Source of the DNA: a virus
DNA: 64,000 nucleotides
Strand: one strand, 5' to 3'
Virus record (IMG/VR): IMGVR_UViG_3300025728_000008
Coordinates: 95,413 to 159,412 of that record
In this document: one piece after another, positions 10,901-20,600 of the stretch
How positions within the stretch are numbered: the stretch's first letter is position 1
Layout: every line of letters starts with the position of its first letter
Position numbers and translations under genes: made by a program
The notes under the pieces: model-generated
Databases searched by the model: none
What the model was told of the DNA's origin: nothing
What the model saw: the letters and a program-made list of their open reading frames with translations, nothing else

Positions 10901-13900
10901 CAACTGCTCAAACATTCATGGAAAGTGTTCAAGGAATGTCGAAACAGACAGGAACAAGTGCTCAAGAAATCCAAGGTCACGTTACTACTATTGGCAATGC
11001 AGGTAATGCATTAGACCAATACAAACTAGCAGTAGACAACGTTAAAGCATCTCTAAGTGGATTTGCAACAGAAGTTACAGGAACAGCTACAGGATTAAGT
11101 CAATTCGGAATGGCATTTGCAGGTGCAGGAACAGCTATGAGTGGATTCCAAACATCAATGAGTGGTGTTAGAGGTGAAATGTCTAACGTTGTATCTCAAG
11201 CAAGCGGAACAGCGCAAAGCTTACAAAGCATCGGAGATTCAATGTCAAGTGCAGGTAATAGTGCAAGTGGCTTTGTAGGAGCGATGAATGGCGTTGGTGC
11301 ATCATGTTCACTAGCATCTCAATCTATGGCAAACATGGGTTCTGCAAGTGCAACAGCATCAAGTGGATTAGCAAGTGCAACACAGGCTTCTAATGCAAGC
11401 GCTCAAGCATCTCAAAACAATGCGAACGCTAAACAAAATGAAGCATCAGCTTCACAAACATCAGCTACAGCATCATTCAATGTAGCAAATGCAAAACAAT
11501 CAGAAGCATCAGCAATTATGAGTGCAATCAGTGCTACACAAAGTATGTCTCAAGCATACTCTGCAATGGCACAAGCAGGAATCAGTTCTATTTCTGCTAT
11601 CATGAATGCAGTTAGAGCTTATGTAACATCAGTATTAGCTATGGGTACATCTACAATGGCAACTGGTATGCTTGTTCGTGGAGCATTCAGTGGAATGGTC
11701 GGAGCAGTTGTAGGTGGAACAGGAGCAATGGTAAGCGCTCATGGTTCACAAGCTAGTGCATTAAACAGAGTTAAAGATTCTGCTAACCAAGCAAAATCTG
11801 CTGTACAATCTTTAAATAGTACAGTATCGGGTGCAATGACAAACTTAAATAACTATATTGCAAAAGCTCAACAGGCTTCAAACGTACAAGTTAAAGCACC
11901 AACATTACCAACTTTACCAACAGGTGCATCATGGAATATGTCAAGCATCACAAACGTTGAAACTGACAGTGGTGTAGCAGGAGCTATCGCTAACTTTGGT
12001 TCACAAGTATCTAGTGCAATGGGAACATTCAGTGCTAGTAGCGGAGAATCTGGTTCAGCAGGTGGAGATGGAGGTACTTCTGGTACAGTCCAACCATCTA
12101 TCTATAGTGGGTTAAATTCTTATGGTGAAATGAGTGTCTTCAAGGCATCAGCAGATGAGAGTGAGAAACTAGCAGATGCAACACCTTGGAGTACGTATGA
12201 CAGAAGCATGAAAGAACTTGATGTAGTCATTAAGCATATGGAAGCTAAAATGAAGTCTATGAACAAAAACACAGCAGAATATCGCAAAATGATGAACGAT
12301 ATCTATCAAGTTGAAATTAAACGTTGGACACTTCTAAATCACGACTTGTACGATAAAGAACGTAGAAACGAACAAATCAAGCGTGAACTTGACGGTCTTA
12401 AAAACATCAACAGTCATACAAAAGAACAACGTGAACAGTATAATAAATTATGGTCAGAATATGAAAGCAACCTAAGTTCAATCACTTCAATGAGAGCTGA
12501 ATGGCAAGAGTTCCTAGACAATTGGGAAGAACGTTATGCTGACATTTTAAGACAACACGTAGAAGCAATTGTTGAAGCTTATACAAAAGGGTTAGAAGAA
12601 ATCAAAGCGAAAGTGGACGATATCGACTTTGCAATCTCAGTTGCAGAATTGACAGACCCAGAAAACATGACAAAGATGATGAATCTTTATATTGATAAAG
12701 CAAACCAATTGAAACAAGAGCGTAAGAAAATCGAAGACCAACAACGTGATTTAACTCTAAAGCTTTACGAAGCAGAAGATAAATTTGGTAAAGATAGTAA
12801 AGTTGCAAATGAAATCAGAACAGAGATTGATAAAGTAAAAGAAGCTTGGGAAGATTCAACATTAGCAGTATTACAAGCTGAAAAAGAAATCAAAGATACT
12901 CGTGCAAAAGTAGCGGACGGTGGCATTGACCAACTTAAAAACTACTATAAGAACATGAAAGATATGGCAATAGATGCAATTGATAAAGAACAAGACAACT
13001 TGAAAAAAGCTCACGATGCGAAGATGAAATTATACGACAAAGAAATCGAAAAGATTAATGGAGTATATGATGCTAAGTTAAAACAAATGGACACAGAAAA
13101 AGAGGAAGCAAATTACCAAGAAGAACTTGGAGATAAGAACAAAAAACGTGCAGAATTACAGAATAAAATCAGTATTTTATCCAAGGATAATTCGTTATCT
13201 GGTAAGAAAAAACTAGCAGATGCTCAAAAAGAACTTCAAGAAATGGATAAAGAGATTGAGAAGTTCCAAAAAGAACGTGCTGACGAATTAATGCGACAAG
13301 CATTAGAAGACCAAAAAGCACAACAAATTAAAGAAATCGAAGATAAGAAACAAGCAGAAACAGATGTTCTAGATAAGAAAGTTGAAGACTTAGATAAAGA
13401 GAAAGAAAACGTTACTAAGAAATACGATGACCTTATTGATAACGAGAAACGTTGGGCAGATATGCGTGACCAATTCATCCAAGGAAACTTCCAAACATTA
13501 AACGATGAATTACAAAAAATGCAGAAACAAATCAGCAACATGCAAAACGGAATCTTTGATGGATTAACACCAAGCTTTGGTGGGTTCTCAGATGAGACTA
13601 AGAAACAAGTACAAGATGCTAATGACCTATTAGCTGACAACATGAACTTTAACTTACAAGACCCTAAGAGTGATGTAGAAGAGTTAATTAAGTCTAAAGG
13701 ATATCAAACATTCGAGAGCGAAGTAGTTCGCCCAGATGACCCTGCTAGACCTATGAAACCTGCTCCAGAACCACAACCACCAAGCAAACCGCAACCACCT
13801 ATACCACCTGCTCAAATGCCTACTAAGGGTAACGTAACTGGTGTAACATCAGATAGCTATCTGAATATCCGTAACGCTCCAAACCTACAAGGTCAAGTTG

Positions 13901-14343
13901 TAAGACGTATCCTTAATGGTGCAAACGTTCAAATCTTAGGAGAAGATGGAGATTGGTGGAAAGTTAAATTTGCTAACTCTAGAGGAACAACACAAGGGTA
14001 TGCAAATAAGAAATATATTAAAGCATTTGATACTGGTGGTTACACTGGTGATAATGTACCAAAAGAAGGAGCGTTAGCCTTACTTCACCAAAAAGAACAG
14101 GTTCTAAACAAAGAAGATACAAAGAACGTATTCAACACGGTTAAACTGGTAGACAAGATTAAATCATACTTACCAAACATGACAGCTAACAATTTAGCAG
14201 GACAATTTGCAAGTCAAGGTTCTGTAAACGTGAATAACACTTACGAGTTAATAGTTAACATCGACAACATGAGTGGTTCTAAGAAAGATGTAGATAACGT
14301 AACAAGTAAGATTTTAGATGGATTGAAGAAGTTAGGGAAGTAA
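4999..14343 (+). CDS. Tape measure protein with C-terminal SH3b domain
   Basis: 3114 aa, mostly helical; TP901-type TMP core (IVDALNEVDNNYAIS...); Pro-rich linker then SH3-like LNIRNAP...WWKV...GYANKKYI. Confidence 0.93.
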   Translation: MAGSNDLNISLKAQVVKLKVELDAKGSKLPQQVNNISKMLSNNPVKLKVKLEAKLGDLTKQMKSISTSLQSKPMKMKVELDVAGSATHIKKQMQDIYKTVDDFNKKYGAQVKKMNQQINQASKSQGKAQSNISTNAPIGNFNNIKQYTDQIKKAQAILNGKFGDGIFKATQFKDAKGNLTGFVAELQKATGVIEKLKYSWNSKSQAFEVINRQTIDNTNKGAQQIQNTLKQLKNEINNLGKGTDKSSLFNDLSKIKKALSEDGGRNFTKQMVTDLQSAIKAEQQLAQSAKARNVALAQEAKLVADLKRLRGTALTATKKQDTDFKNEFSKLIQQANKVSKTEDPAKAVKDIRLASQALVNDQNKVIAKERETQAVLKETIKLRQQLKEVLRSMPSDDASNKLKRQMVTEAITATQQIKTYEQLANAKKNLQNISNKQWMDNDQNRAKSLIESLKSVQRQFEAIGKTPAKLTQFMGVIDQRATQKLSQNTQDIRNALTTYQRMLADENRKIKAREKEIRLGQDITAKFGGGDSAKFKNMQQQIFGDGTLTSRAIKDLQNYIGTVERAKVASISFGRDGIDQMGNRVKQMSVMFQGQGEHVRKVTYAMTEGSNRIRQTSDEMVRNLNRNLSAWEKFKVMMSSAPVWMISQQAMMAPIQGLQGMVQEILKVDQALTELRRVASPTQNIDILFGNAVEMSGKLGNNIHDIMKGMNEFARTFGDFNERQLTAITETATLMSNVSDLSVEESQKSLVGTMNAFNIEAEDSIRIVDALNEVDNNYAISTKQLAEGLQKSASAGKTFGVGLEENIGHITAIGAVTMESGNIIGNSLKTIYSRMTTMKDSEATLRSVGIAMNTIGENGVKNVKPVANIIDELGKKWFLLSDAERQNIAVKLAGRHQLTRFLAMMNNYDMAVKATATAYKSQGSAMRENEKYMQSFESKINKLKNGFTEMSLAMGKAFLSGGMEMAISGLAGIAKGVTTVTQSFGALSTIGLVIGAVMTKMGAFSNMFGRIGATVGVFKQGMREVTVASNGTATAMEKFKGGMNGVITTSTGGATAFGAMSKAVKGFALSLGSMLGMGAIFFAIGAGVEYLIGKYQKAKQEQQELQKRINDQVQAYRKSSDGLEGLIKQYEAFEKAGDSIKKGTREYDEFMIVQSKLAQAMPNMVREIDAQGQAHMRTSKELREHVKNTKELSELQAKATNSAFKKNIEDEAKALSKLVEEEKKIKKERDEYKKGAVDWKAGTGESEEDRLKKTEQYNMKIAQWNQKVYEQTQKSTKLIQDQARAYLEAEGYMSKLGAGAQGVVDTFAKMNSDSIQALVKKGAPQKEIQAMMSSITRDSQEVGKVWAGAFDKMAQGINRGTVEGQRAIDKIKADLGSIGKAIPEDLFKLDKNNSIDDVKRNLEGLIDIGQKVKSANGGTWQSLAQEAQKYGLSARDAEQFVTKLGTQSQNAEIKAKALENSANGIGTAMDAGTEGINGQTDALKDYEEAILGAIDAQKELFGYKNEELGQMKGHLEAMKTAQLLYGENAKGTQLWAESGEKLSQFLGISKEQVTGNVDGLLETVKIMGDLGIKYDENGQAVLNWGDATEGQISKFKENVQKMGLDVDFLTGKTREAGRGIKETGDATGQAGALFNEAGQRVNQAGQLINEAGQRIDSAGNIINEAGDKVSQGGEKMGQAGEKVQPFIDKIQELADKSGKSGQEIVEGLQKVNLADFSQVQAKGNELGLTMDTVVEYAKKAGAITPEEMAKIGNSGEKLTLLEQKMKDLGFDEFTGKSSETAGKVEGDMNRIGNAGQPLSLLEQKMKDLGFDEASNKSSETATKVEGDMNRIANSGAPLSILETKMRNLGFDEMTSESEQAKVKFSGDMTAIGQSGNLLNPLGQATGQVGQKLIDMNTEVGRTSSGFQNGMAQIGNSGGSLAPLKENVAQLGTAMSETKGTVETNVSGINTSFSTLGQGLDTGAGRWKTTAQTFMESVQGMSKQTGTSAQEIQGHVTTIGNAGNALDQYKLAVDNVKASLSGFATEVTGTATGLSQFGMAFAGAGTAMSGFQTSMSGVRGEMSNVVSQASGTAQSLQSIGDSMSSAGNSASGFVGAMNGVGASCSLASQSMANMGSASATASSGLASATQASNASAQASQNNANAKQNEASASQTSATASFNVANAKQSEASAIMSAISATQSMSQAYSAMAQAGISSISAIMNAVRAYVTSVLAMGTSTMATGMLVRGAFSGMVGAVVGGTGAMVSAHGSQASALNRVKDSANQAKSAVQSLNSTVSGAMTNLNNYIAKAQQASNVQVKAPTLPTLPTGASWNMSSITNVETDSGVAGAIANFGSQVSSAMGTFSASSGESGSAGGDGGTSGTVQPSIYSGLNSYGEMSVFKASADESEKLADATPWSTYDRSMKELDVVIKHMEAKMKSMNKNTAEYRKMMNDIYQVEIKRWTLLNHDLYDKERRNEQIKRELDGLKNINSHTKEQREQYNKLWSEYESNLSSITSMRAEWQEFLDNWEERYADILRQHVEAIVEAYTKGLEEIKAKVDDIDFAISVAELTDPENMTKMMNLYIDKANQLKQERKKIEDQQRDLTLKLYEAEDKFGKDSKVANEIRTEIDKVKEAWEDSTLAVLQAEKEIKDTRAKVADGGIDQLKNYYKNMKDMAIDAIDKEQDNLKKAHDAKMKLYDKEIEKINGVYDAKLKQMDTEKEEANYQEELGDKNKKRAELQNKISILSKDNSLSGKKKLADAQKELQEMDKEIEKFQKERADELMRQALEDQKAQQIKEIEDKKQAETDVLDKKVEDLDKEKENVTKKYDDLIDNEKRWADMRDQFIQGNFQTLNDELQKMQKQISNMQNGIFDGLTPSFGGFSDETKKQVQDANDLLADNMNFNLQDPKSDVEELIKSKGYQTFESEVVRPDDPARPMKPAPEPQPPSKPQPPIPPAQMPTKGNVTGVTSDSYLNIRNAPNLQGQVVRRILNGANVQILGEDGDWWKVKFANSRGTTQGYANKKYIKAFDTGGYTGDNVPKEGALALLHQKEQVLNKEDTKNVFNTVKLVDKIKSYLPNMTANNLAGQFASQGSVNVNNTYELIVNIDNMSGSKKDVDNVTSKILDGLKKLGK
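9880..10047 (+). repeat. 7-aa (21-nt) tandem repeats in the tape measure gene
   Basis: GQAGALF/NEAGQRV/NQAGQLI/NEAGQRI/DSAGNII/NEAGDKV/SQGGEKM/GQAGEKV. Confidence 0.75.
10240..10600 (+). repeat. Three 40-aa (120-nt) tandem repeats in the tape measure gene
   Basis: LLEQKMKDLGFDE twice and ILETKMRNLGFDE; DNA similarity at a 120-nt offset. Confidence 0.85.
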
Positions 14344-14383
14344 TTCCCTTCTTCTCTTTCCTATTTTTTTAGGAGTGAAAAGG

Positions 14384-15154
14384 ATGCCAACTATTAAAGA
14401 GAAAGTTCATTTTAGTTTTAATGGGGTTTCATCTAGAACGCATAAAGTAATGCATGTAGTTTTAGATTCTGGAATGTATGAAGAACAGTTCGTGGCTTCA
14501 AGGGAAGTAAATGAGACTAAAGTTAGAGGTAGCGGAAAGCCATTGCTTCATGGTATAGAAGATAATCCTTTAAATTTTGAAATGATTATCGCTGTTGATG
14601 GTAAATACACTGAACAACAAATCAGTGATATCATCAGATGGTTGTGGACTGATACTTATAAACCATTATATTTTGAAGGTAAAGAAAACAAGATATATTA
14701 TTGCACACCTGTTGATGATTCAAGTATTGCACATAACGGTTTAAGTCAAGGTTACTTTACAGTCAATATGAGATGTGATTCATCTTATATTTATTCTCCA
14801 ACTACTACAACTGCTATGACAACTGTTACTAGTACACCACAAACTATTACAATTAATAATGATGGTCATTTCGATATTTATCCAGAAATTTCAATTAAGA
14901 AAACTGGTGCAGGAACAGTTACATTAGAATTTTTAGATGATGGTGGAAATATATTTGAAGTTAGAGATTTAACAAACTTAGAAGATATATATGTCAATTG
15001 TGAGAAAGAGCAAATTCAAACAGATATAATTGGTGTATATAGATATGATAAAGTTATAGGTCATTATCCAAAATTAGTATATGGGCAAAATAGAATCAAA
15101 GTTACAGGTGCTTGTCAAATTCAGTTCAGATATACAATTAGATATAGATTCTAA
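14384..15154 (+). CDS. Distal tail protein (Dit)
   Basis: Directly after TMP; FSFNG...S N-terminus and ITINNDG...YPEI, G.N.IKV motifs typical of siphophage Dit. Confidence 0.8.
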   Translation: MPTIKEKVHFSFNGVSSRTHKVMHVVLDSGMYEEQFVASREVNETKVRGSGKPLLHGIEDNPLNFEMIIAVDGKYTEQQISDIIRWLWTDTYKPLYFEGKENKIYYCTPVDDSSIAHNGLSQGYFTVNMRCDSSYIYSPTTTTAMTTVTSTPQTITINNDGHFDIYPEISIKKTGAGTVTLEFLDDGGNIFEVRDLTNLEDIYVNCEKEQIQTDIIGVYRYDKVIGHYPKLVYGQNRIKVTGACQIQFRYTIRYRF

Positions 15155-15180
15155 AATTCCCAGATAATGTATTATATTAT

Positions 15181-15209
15181 TTGACAAAAACAAATAATAA
15201 TGATATAAT
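15181..15209 (+). promoter_or_regulatory. sigmaA consensus promoter (TAATGA family)
   Basis: TTGACA-AAAACAAATAATAATGA-TATAAT. Confidence 0.85.
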
Positions 15210-15232
15210 TAAATTTATGTAAGGTGATATTT

Positions 15233-15718
15233 ATGATTGGAAATTTAGTATTTTTTAAACAAACAAATTCTTTCATATCTAGATTAATTGCCAAAGTTAC
15301 TAAAAGTGAATTTACTCATGTCGGCTTAATTGTCGGACATGACGAAACAACAGGAGTCTTAACAATAATCGAGTCTAATAGATTTATAAGAACAAGGGTT
15401 GCAAGATTACAGTTAAATGAAAGACATGTCATTTATACTATTGGAGAACAACCAAAAGAAGTCGTAGATAAGATTGTCAAATTTGCTTATAAAAACTTAG
15501 GTAAAAGATATGATTATTTACAACTTTTAGGATTATTCATATCCTTATCTTTTGAGAGAAAGAGAAATATTTACTTCAACAGTAAGAACAAATTAATATG
15601 TTCAGAGCTTGTTGATTTAGCTTATTACACTTCTGGTGTAAAGCGCAATACAAATAAAAATTTAGGTAATATAACACCTCAAGAATTATTCGAGGTGTAC
15701 AATTTAAAAGAATTGTAA
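15233..15718 (+). CDS. Permuted papain-like NlpC/P60 (YiiX/YebB-type) amidase
   Basis: His motif FTHVGL precedes Cys motif LICSELV; also G..YD and ITPQEL. Confidence 0.8.
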   Translation: MIGNLVFFKQTNSFISRLIAKVTKSEFTHVGLIVGHDETTGVLTIIESNRFIRTRVARLQLNERHVIYTIGEQPKEVVDKIVKFAYKNLGKRYDYLQLLGLFISLSFERKRNIYFNSKNKLICSELVDLAYYTSGVKRNTNKNLGNITPQELFEVYNLKEL

Positions 15719-15734
15719 GAGAGGGGTATAGAGA

Positions 15735-18404
15735 TTGTTTATTGATATTGATTATAGTAAACGAATGCAAGAAGCTAAGTTCCATTTAGCAAAGCCTAAT
15801 CAGAAAGTCATTTCTCATATCTATGAAAAGATGAACGCTGAAATGTCTATCAAATTAGGAAACATCAATGAATTAAGCTTCTCTATTCCTCATTTCATTG
15901 AAGACCAACAACCTAACGCACACGTAGATATGATTAAACAGAAAATGCTTATCCAAGTAACAATGGGAGCATATAAAGAGTTTTACGTTGTAGAAGATAT
16001 TGAAGAAGACGGGGACGATTCTGATATCTTTAACGTTAAGGCTTTTTCTTTAGGTTATGAGTTGAAGGGGAAAGAGGTAAGTGACTATACAGAAGAAGCT
16101 ATAAATTGTACTGACTTGCTAACAAAACTATTAGAAAGAACAGTGTGGAAAATTGATACAGTTGACCCAATGTTCGATGTGATGTTTCGTTCGTTTGATT
16201 CTGGTGCAGATTCAAATGTTTTGGATTGTATTATTCAAGCAGGAGAAACTTTTGGAGCTTTAATTGTATGGGACACTGTTAGAAGAAGAGTATCATTTAA
16301 GGATATGTCCACAAATGGTACGTTTAAAGGTATGACTGTTAACTATGGAAGATTTTTACAGTCAATCAAACGTTCGAGACAATCAGAAGAATTAACAACA
16401 AGATTGTCGATGTATGGTAATGAGGATTTAAGTATTCATAGAGTGAATCCTACTGGTCAACCATATGTAGAAGATTTCAGTTATTTTATGTATCCTTTTG
16501 AAAGGGATGCAAATAAAAATGTTCTTAAAGAATCGTTCTTTATGAGTAATGAATTATGTCATGCGATTCTAAATCAAACAGAGTTAATAGCTTTACATGC
16601 TCCACAAATTAAAAGTATGACAACAGAACAGTTGCAAAAAGAAGCACTATTAATCATAGGAGAAACACAATTAACAGAGTTAGAAGGACAAAAGAAAACT
16701 ATTGAAGGATTACTAGATACAGCAAAAGCGACAGAAAATGCTAGTCTAATCAGTCAAAGACAAGTAGAGCTACATAATAAGAATGCAGAAATCACTGCAA
16801 AGAAACAAGCAAATGATATTATTGTCAACAATATTAACTCATTAAAATCTCAAATTGAAACAAAGCAAAATGAGATTATCACAGGTAGTGGATTCACTCC
16901 TGCTCTTATGGATGAATTAAATTTATTCATAATTGAAAAAAAATGGGTAGATGACAAATACATAAACGATGAAGAATTATATGCAGATGGTCTCAAGAAG
17001 TTCCAAGAACTAAGAGAGCCAAAAGTAGTATTAGATGTCACAATTGATAACTTACTTGATGTCATTGAAGAACAATATTATTGGGATAAATTGGTATTAG
17101 GTGATTTAATCAAGGTTAAATATCCTCAAATGAAAATAGAGTATATGGCTAAGATTATTGAAATCAAATATAACTTTGAAGAAAGAGAAGCAAGTATTAC
17201 AGTAGCAAACACAAAAGATATTTTGAGTGATACTGATAAACTTGTTCAGCTATTATATAGCAGTTCTAGTGCATCTTCCGTTATTCAAGCAAACAAGTAT
17301 AAATGGGATAAAGTAAATAAAATCGAAGACGTAGTTAGTAATATTGTTACTAGTGAATGGGATGCAACAAAAAACAAAATCATCGCAGGTGTGAATAACT
17401 CTATTGAAATTGGTAATCGTGGAATGATTGTTACAAGTCCAGATAATCCGAATGAAGTAGTAATTATCCAAAGTGGTGTAATTGCCTTATCTCAAGATAA
17501 AGGTGAAACATGGAAAACTGCAATCAAACCAGATGGAATTGTGGCAGAAAGACTTATCGGACAAATCATAGCAGGTGAAAATTTAATTCTCACAAACAGT
17601 GCAGGTACTTTCACATTTGATAAAAATGGAGTCAGAATTGATGCTAGTGCATTCATATTAGAATCTTCAAGTGGGAACTTTGATGGGTCTAAGTTTATTG
17701 AATCATCTAATTTTGTTGATGAATTTAAAGATGACAACATGATTACAGCTTATGAAAAGAAAATGTTAAAGATTGAATGGGATAAGCTTGAAGTAGCTTA
17801 TAACAAAAACACAGAAAAAATTCATCACATTTTCCCGAATGATGGAGAAGGATTACAGTTTGTAATAGATTTTCATACAAGATATACAGAATTGTATGAT
17901 TACTTATTTGTTCAACTTCATGGTTCTAAACCATTGTTAGCATCAGACAATATGACATTCACAACTAGAATAGACAGAAACATGTTCGATGCAAGATGGA
18001 AAAACTATTACAATGTTCAAGACGAACTTCAAAAACAGATTGATATTATGGTAGCTCAGATTGCAAGAGATGCAAAAATAATTTCTGAAAACATTCAGCA
18101 AGATATTGAAGAAGTTAAAAATGATGTAGTTTACAAAATTGAATTTCATTCGTCAAAAGGTTTTACGTTTAGGAACGGTCAAATCGACACAATGATTACC
18201 GCTAAAGTTTGGCGTGGTCAATCAGAGATTACAAATACTGTTCCACAATCTGGATTTATCTGGAAAAAATATGATAAGGATGGAATCCTTGATACAGCTT
18301 GGACAAATGCAAATGTAAATGTCGGAAATGTAATTCACGTTACACATCTTGAGCTTTATCAAAAAGCAATATTCAAGTTGGATATTGATATCCCTACACC
18401 TTAA
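15735..18404 (+). CDS. Tail-associated/baseplate hub protein (Tal-like)
   Basis: 889 aa after Dit; NELSFSIP, LGDLIKV and G.TWKTAI.PDGIVAERL motifs of phage tail spike/endopeptidase proteins. Confidence 0.75.
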   Translation: MFIDIDYSKRMQEAKFHLAKPNQKVISHIYEKMNAEMSIKLGNINELSFSIPHFIEDQQPNAHVDMIKQKMLIQVTMGAYKEFYVVEDIEEDGDDSDIFNVKAFSLGYELKGKEVSDYTEEAINCTDLLTKLLERTVWKIDTVDPMFDVMFRSFDSGADSNVLDCIIQAGETFGALIVWDTVRRRVSFKDMSTNGTFKGMTVNYGRFLQSIKRSRQSEELTTRLSMYGNEDLSIHRVNPTGQPYVEDFSYFMYPFERDANKNVLKESFFMSNELCHAILNQTELIALHAPQIKSMTTEQLQKEALLIIGETQLTELEGQKKTIEGLLDTAKATENASLISQRQVELHNKNAEITAKKQANDIIVNNINSLKSQIETKQNEIITGSGFTPALMDELNLFIIEKKWVDDKYINDEELYADGLKKFQELREPKVVLDVTIDNLLDVIEEQYYWDKLVLGDLIKVKYPQMKIEYMAKIIEIKYNFEEREASITVANTKDILSDTDKLVQLLYSSSSASSVIQANKYKWDKVNKIEDVVSNIVTSEWDATKNKIIAGVNNSIEIGNRGMIVTSPDNPNEVVIIQSGVIALSQDKGETWKTAIKPDGIVAERLIGQIIAGENLILTNSAGTFTFDKNGVRIDASAFILESSSGNFDGSKFIESSNFVDEFKDDNMITAYEKKMLKIEWDKLEVAYNKNTEKIHHIFPNDGEGLQFVIDFHTRYTELYDYLFVQLHGSKPLLASDNMTFTTRIDRNMFDARWKNYYNVQDELQKQIDIMVAQIARDAKIISENIQQDIEEVKNDVVYKIEFHSSKGFTFRNGQIDTMITAKVWRGQSEITNTVPQSGFIWKKYDKDGILDTAWTNANVNVGNVIHVTHLELYQKAIFKLDIDIPTP

Positions 18405-18425
18405 AGAGAAAAAGGAATGATTTAA

Positions 18426-20540
18426 ATGGCAATAGTAGCAAGTGGTCAGTTGACCCTAGTAGATTTAAATGATAGTAAACAGTTGATTATGTTCATTGGT
18501 TCATCACAACCAAGACAAGTAATCTTTAACCCTAATGGAAATACATACACTCCAGATTACTCATCAGTAGCAACAAATAACATATTGACACCTCAATTAT
18601 TTATTGCAGGTACAAATGGAGATGTTTCTGGGCAAGCGACTGCCACTAGATGGTATGTACAGGATGGTTCACAAGGTAATCCGACATTAATTACAGCAAA
18701 TTCAAATTATGAATTAAATGGTATCACATTAAAGATAAAAGGAAATGTTCTTTCAGCAAAAGCATCTATGACTTATATTTGTGAAATGGATTATCTAGAT
18801 ACAGGTACAGGGTTTACTGTAACAGCAAAGGCAGAATATGAGATTGTAAAAATTACTAATGGTACAGATGGTAAAGCTTCTGTACTTGGATTCCTAAGTA
18901 ATGATTCTCACAGCATTCCAACAAACAATGATGGTTCTGGTGGTGTTTATACCTCAGCTACTACTACAATGTATGTGTATAATGGAACAACAGATGATAG
19001 TGCTAACTGGACTTATGTAGCCACTCCATTAGCAGGTGTTACAGGTGCATTAAGTACTACAGGAAATAAAAATGTATATACTGTTTCAAATATGACTGTT
19101 GATGTAGGCTATGTAGATATTACAGCTAGTAGAGCAACCTACCCTTCTATTACTAAAAGATTTACAGTGACTAAAAATAAAGCAGGTATTGGGTCAACTG
19201 CATATTGGTTAATTTCATCTGCTCCTGTTTTACAGAAGAATGCTTCAAATGTATTTAATCCTACTAGTCTAACATTTACAAGTAAGTCACAGAATGGCAG
19301 TAATGCGCCTGTAAACTATAATGGTAGATGGGTAATTGAAGATACAACAGATGGAACGAACTGGACAGTTAGAACACTCAACCCTTCAACAGATGAAGCA
19401 ACGAAAACGTATACTCCTTCGGGAACAACTATAAAGGCTGTAAGAGCTAGACTATATGTTGCAGGAGCAACAACTAATCTGTTAGATGAACAGCAAATCA
19501 ATGTTGTTTCAGATGGTTCTAATGGAACAGATGGGGTAGACTCTGTTACTGCTGTAGTATGGACACCAGACGGAAATGTTTTAAGAAACTCTACTGGAAC
19601 TTTAACTGCAAAAGCAGATTTATATAAAGGTACTGGAGCAGTATCTTCTGGGTTAAGTTATAAGTGGTACTACCAAGACCCATCATCAACTACTGCTGTA
19701 GGTGGAGGTGGAGATACAGATGGCGGTGCAGGTTGGAGATTAATGCAAGCAATTGCAAATCCAACTACAGCTCCAACACTTAATGGTGCTACAGCAGGTG
19801 GAACTTTAACAGGTGCAACATACTATGTTAAATATACTTGGACAACTGTAGAAGGAGAAACAATGGTAAGTCCAGAAGCAAGTTTAGCTGTTACAGCAAA
19901 CTACAATTTAAAGATTACTATTCCTTCATTCCCTTCTGGAGTAAGTGGAGCAAAAGTCTACGTAGGTACAGCAACAAATGCAAACAAATATCAGAACGTT
20001 ATTTCTACAAGTGGTGGAACATTGACAATCACTGCACCAATTAATGCAAGTGGAGCAACCCCTCCTGCAAGTAATACTGCACAAGTGGATAATTGGGGTG
20101 TAACAGGATTCGGTGGAGCGACAATTACAATTCCTTCAACATCTATTACAAACGTTGAATCATATAAATGTATAATAACTTACAATAGTAATAAATACAC
20201 AGATGTTTGTACAGTGATGGATGTAACTGACCCAATCTTGGTTACTCTTGTTGGAGCATCTATATTTAAGAATGGAACAGGGACAACAACTCTAGAAGCA
20301 AAACTTTATCAAAACGGTGTAGAAATAGATGTGAAAAACCCTAGTGGTACATGGACTGGTAATACATTCAACTCTGTTCAGATATACAATTATACTTGGT
20401 ATTTATATGATAATAATGGAGCTAAAATGGGAACAGTACCAAGTTGGGGAGCAGGTTCTAAAACGGGAAAACTAGTTATTGTTGATGGTATAGACGTTGA
20501 TATTAGAGGTAATATTGTCTGTGAAGTTTCTACTAAATAA
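18426..20540 (+). CDS. Tail fibre/baseplate protein
   Basis: Thr/Gly-rich beta protein; N-terminal MAIVASGQLTLVDLND shared in kind with the next gene. Confidence 0.65.
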   Translation: MAIVASGQLTLVDLNDSKQLIMFIGSSQPRQVIFNPNGNTYTPDYSSVATNNILTPQLFIAGTNGDVSGQATATRWYVQDGSQGNPTLITANSNYELNGITLKIKGNVLSAKASMTYICEMDYLDTGTGFTVTAKAEYEIVKITNGTDGKASVLGFLSNDSHSIPTNNDGSGGVYTSATTTMYVYNGTTDDSANWTYVATPLAGVTGALSTTGNKNVYTVSNMTVDVGYVDITASRATYPSITKRFTVTKNKAGIGSTAYWLISSAPVLQKNASNVFNPTSLTFTSKSQNGSNAPVNYNGRWVIEDTTDGTNWTVRTLNPSTDEATKTYTPSGTTIKAVRARLYVAGATTNLLDEQQINVVSDGSNGTDGVDSVTAVVWTPDGNVLRNSTGTLTAKADLYKGTGAVSSGLSYKWYYQDPSSTTAVGGGGDTDGGAGWRLMQAIANPTTAPTLNGATAGGTLTGATYYVKYTWTTVEGETMVSPEASLAVTANYNLKITIPSFPSGVSGAKVYVGTATNANKYQNVISTSGGTLTITAPINASGATPPASNTAQVDNWGVTGFGGATITIPSTSITNVESYKCIITYNSNKYTDVCTVMDVTDPILVTLVGASIFKNGTGTTTLEAKLYQNGVEIDVKNPSGTWTGNTFNSVQIYNYTWYLYDNNGAKMGTVPSWGAGSKTGKLVIVDGIDVDIRGNIVCEVSTK

Positions 20541-20553
20541 TATAACATATTAT

Positions 20554-20582
20554 TTGACAGAAATCAAGAATAATGATATAAT
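20554..20582 (+). promoter_or_regulatory. sigmaA consensus promoter (TAATGA family)
   Basis: TTGACA-GAAATCAAGAATAATGA-TATAAT. Confidence 0.85.
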
Positions 20583-20600
20583 AAAAATATGGAAAGTTTT

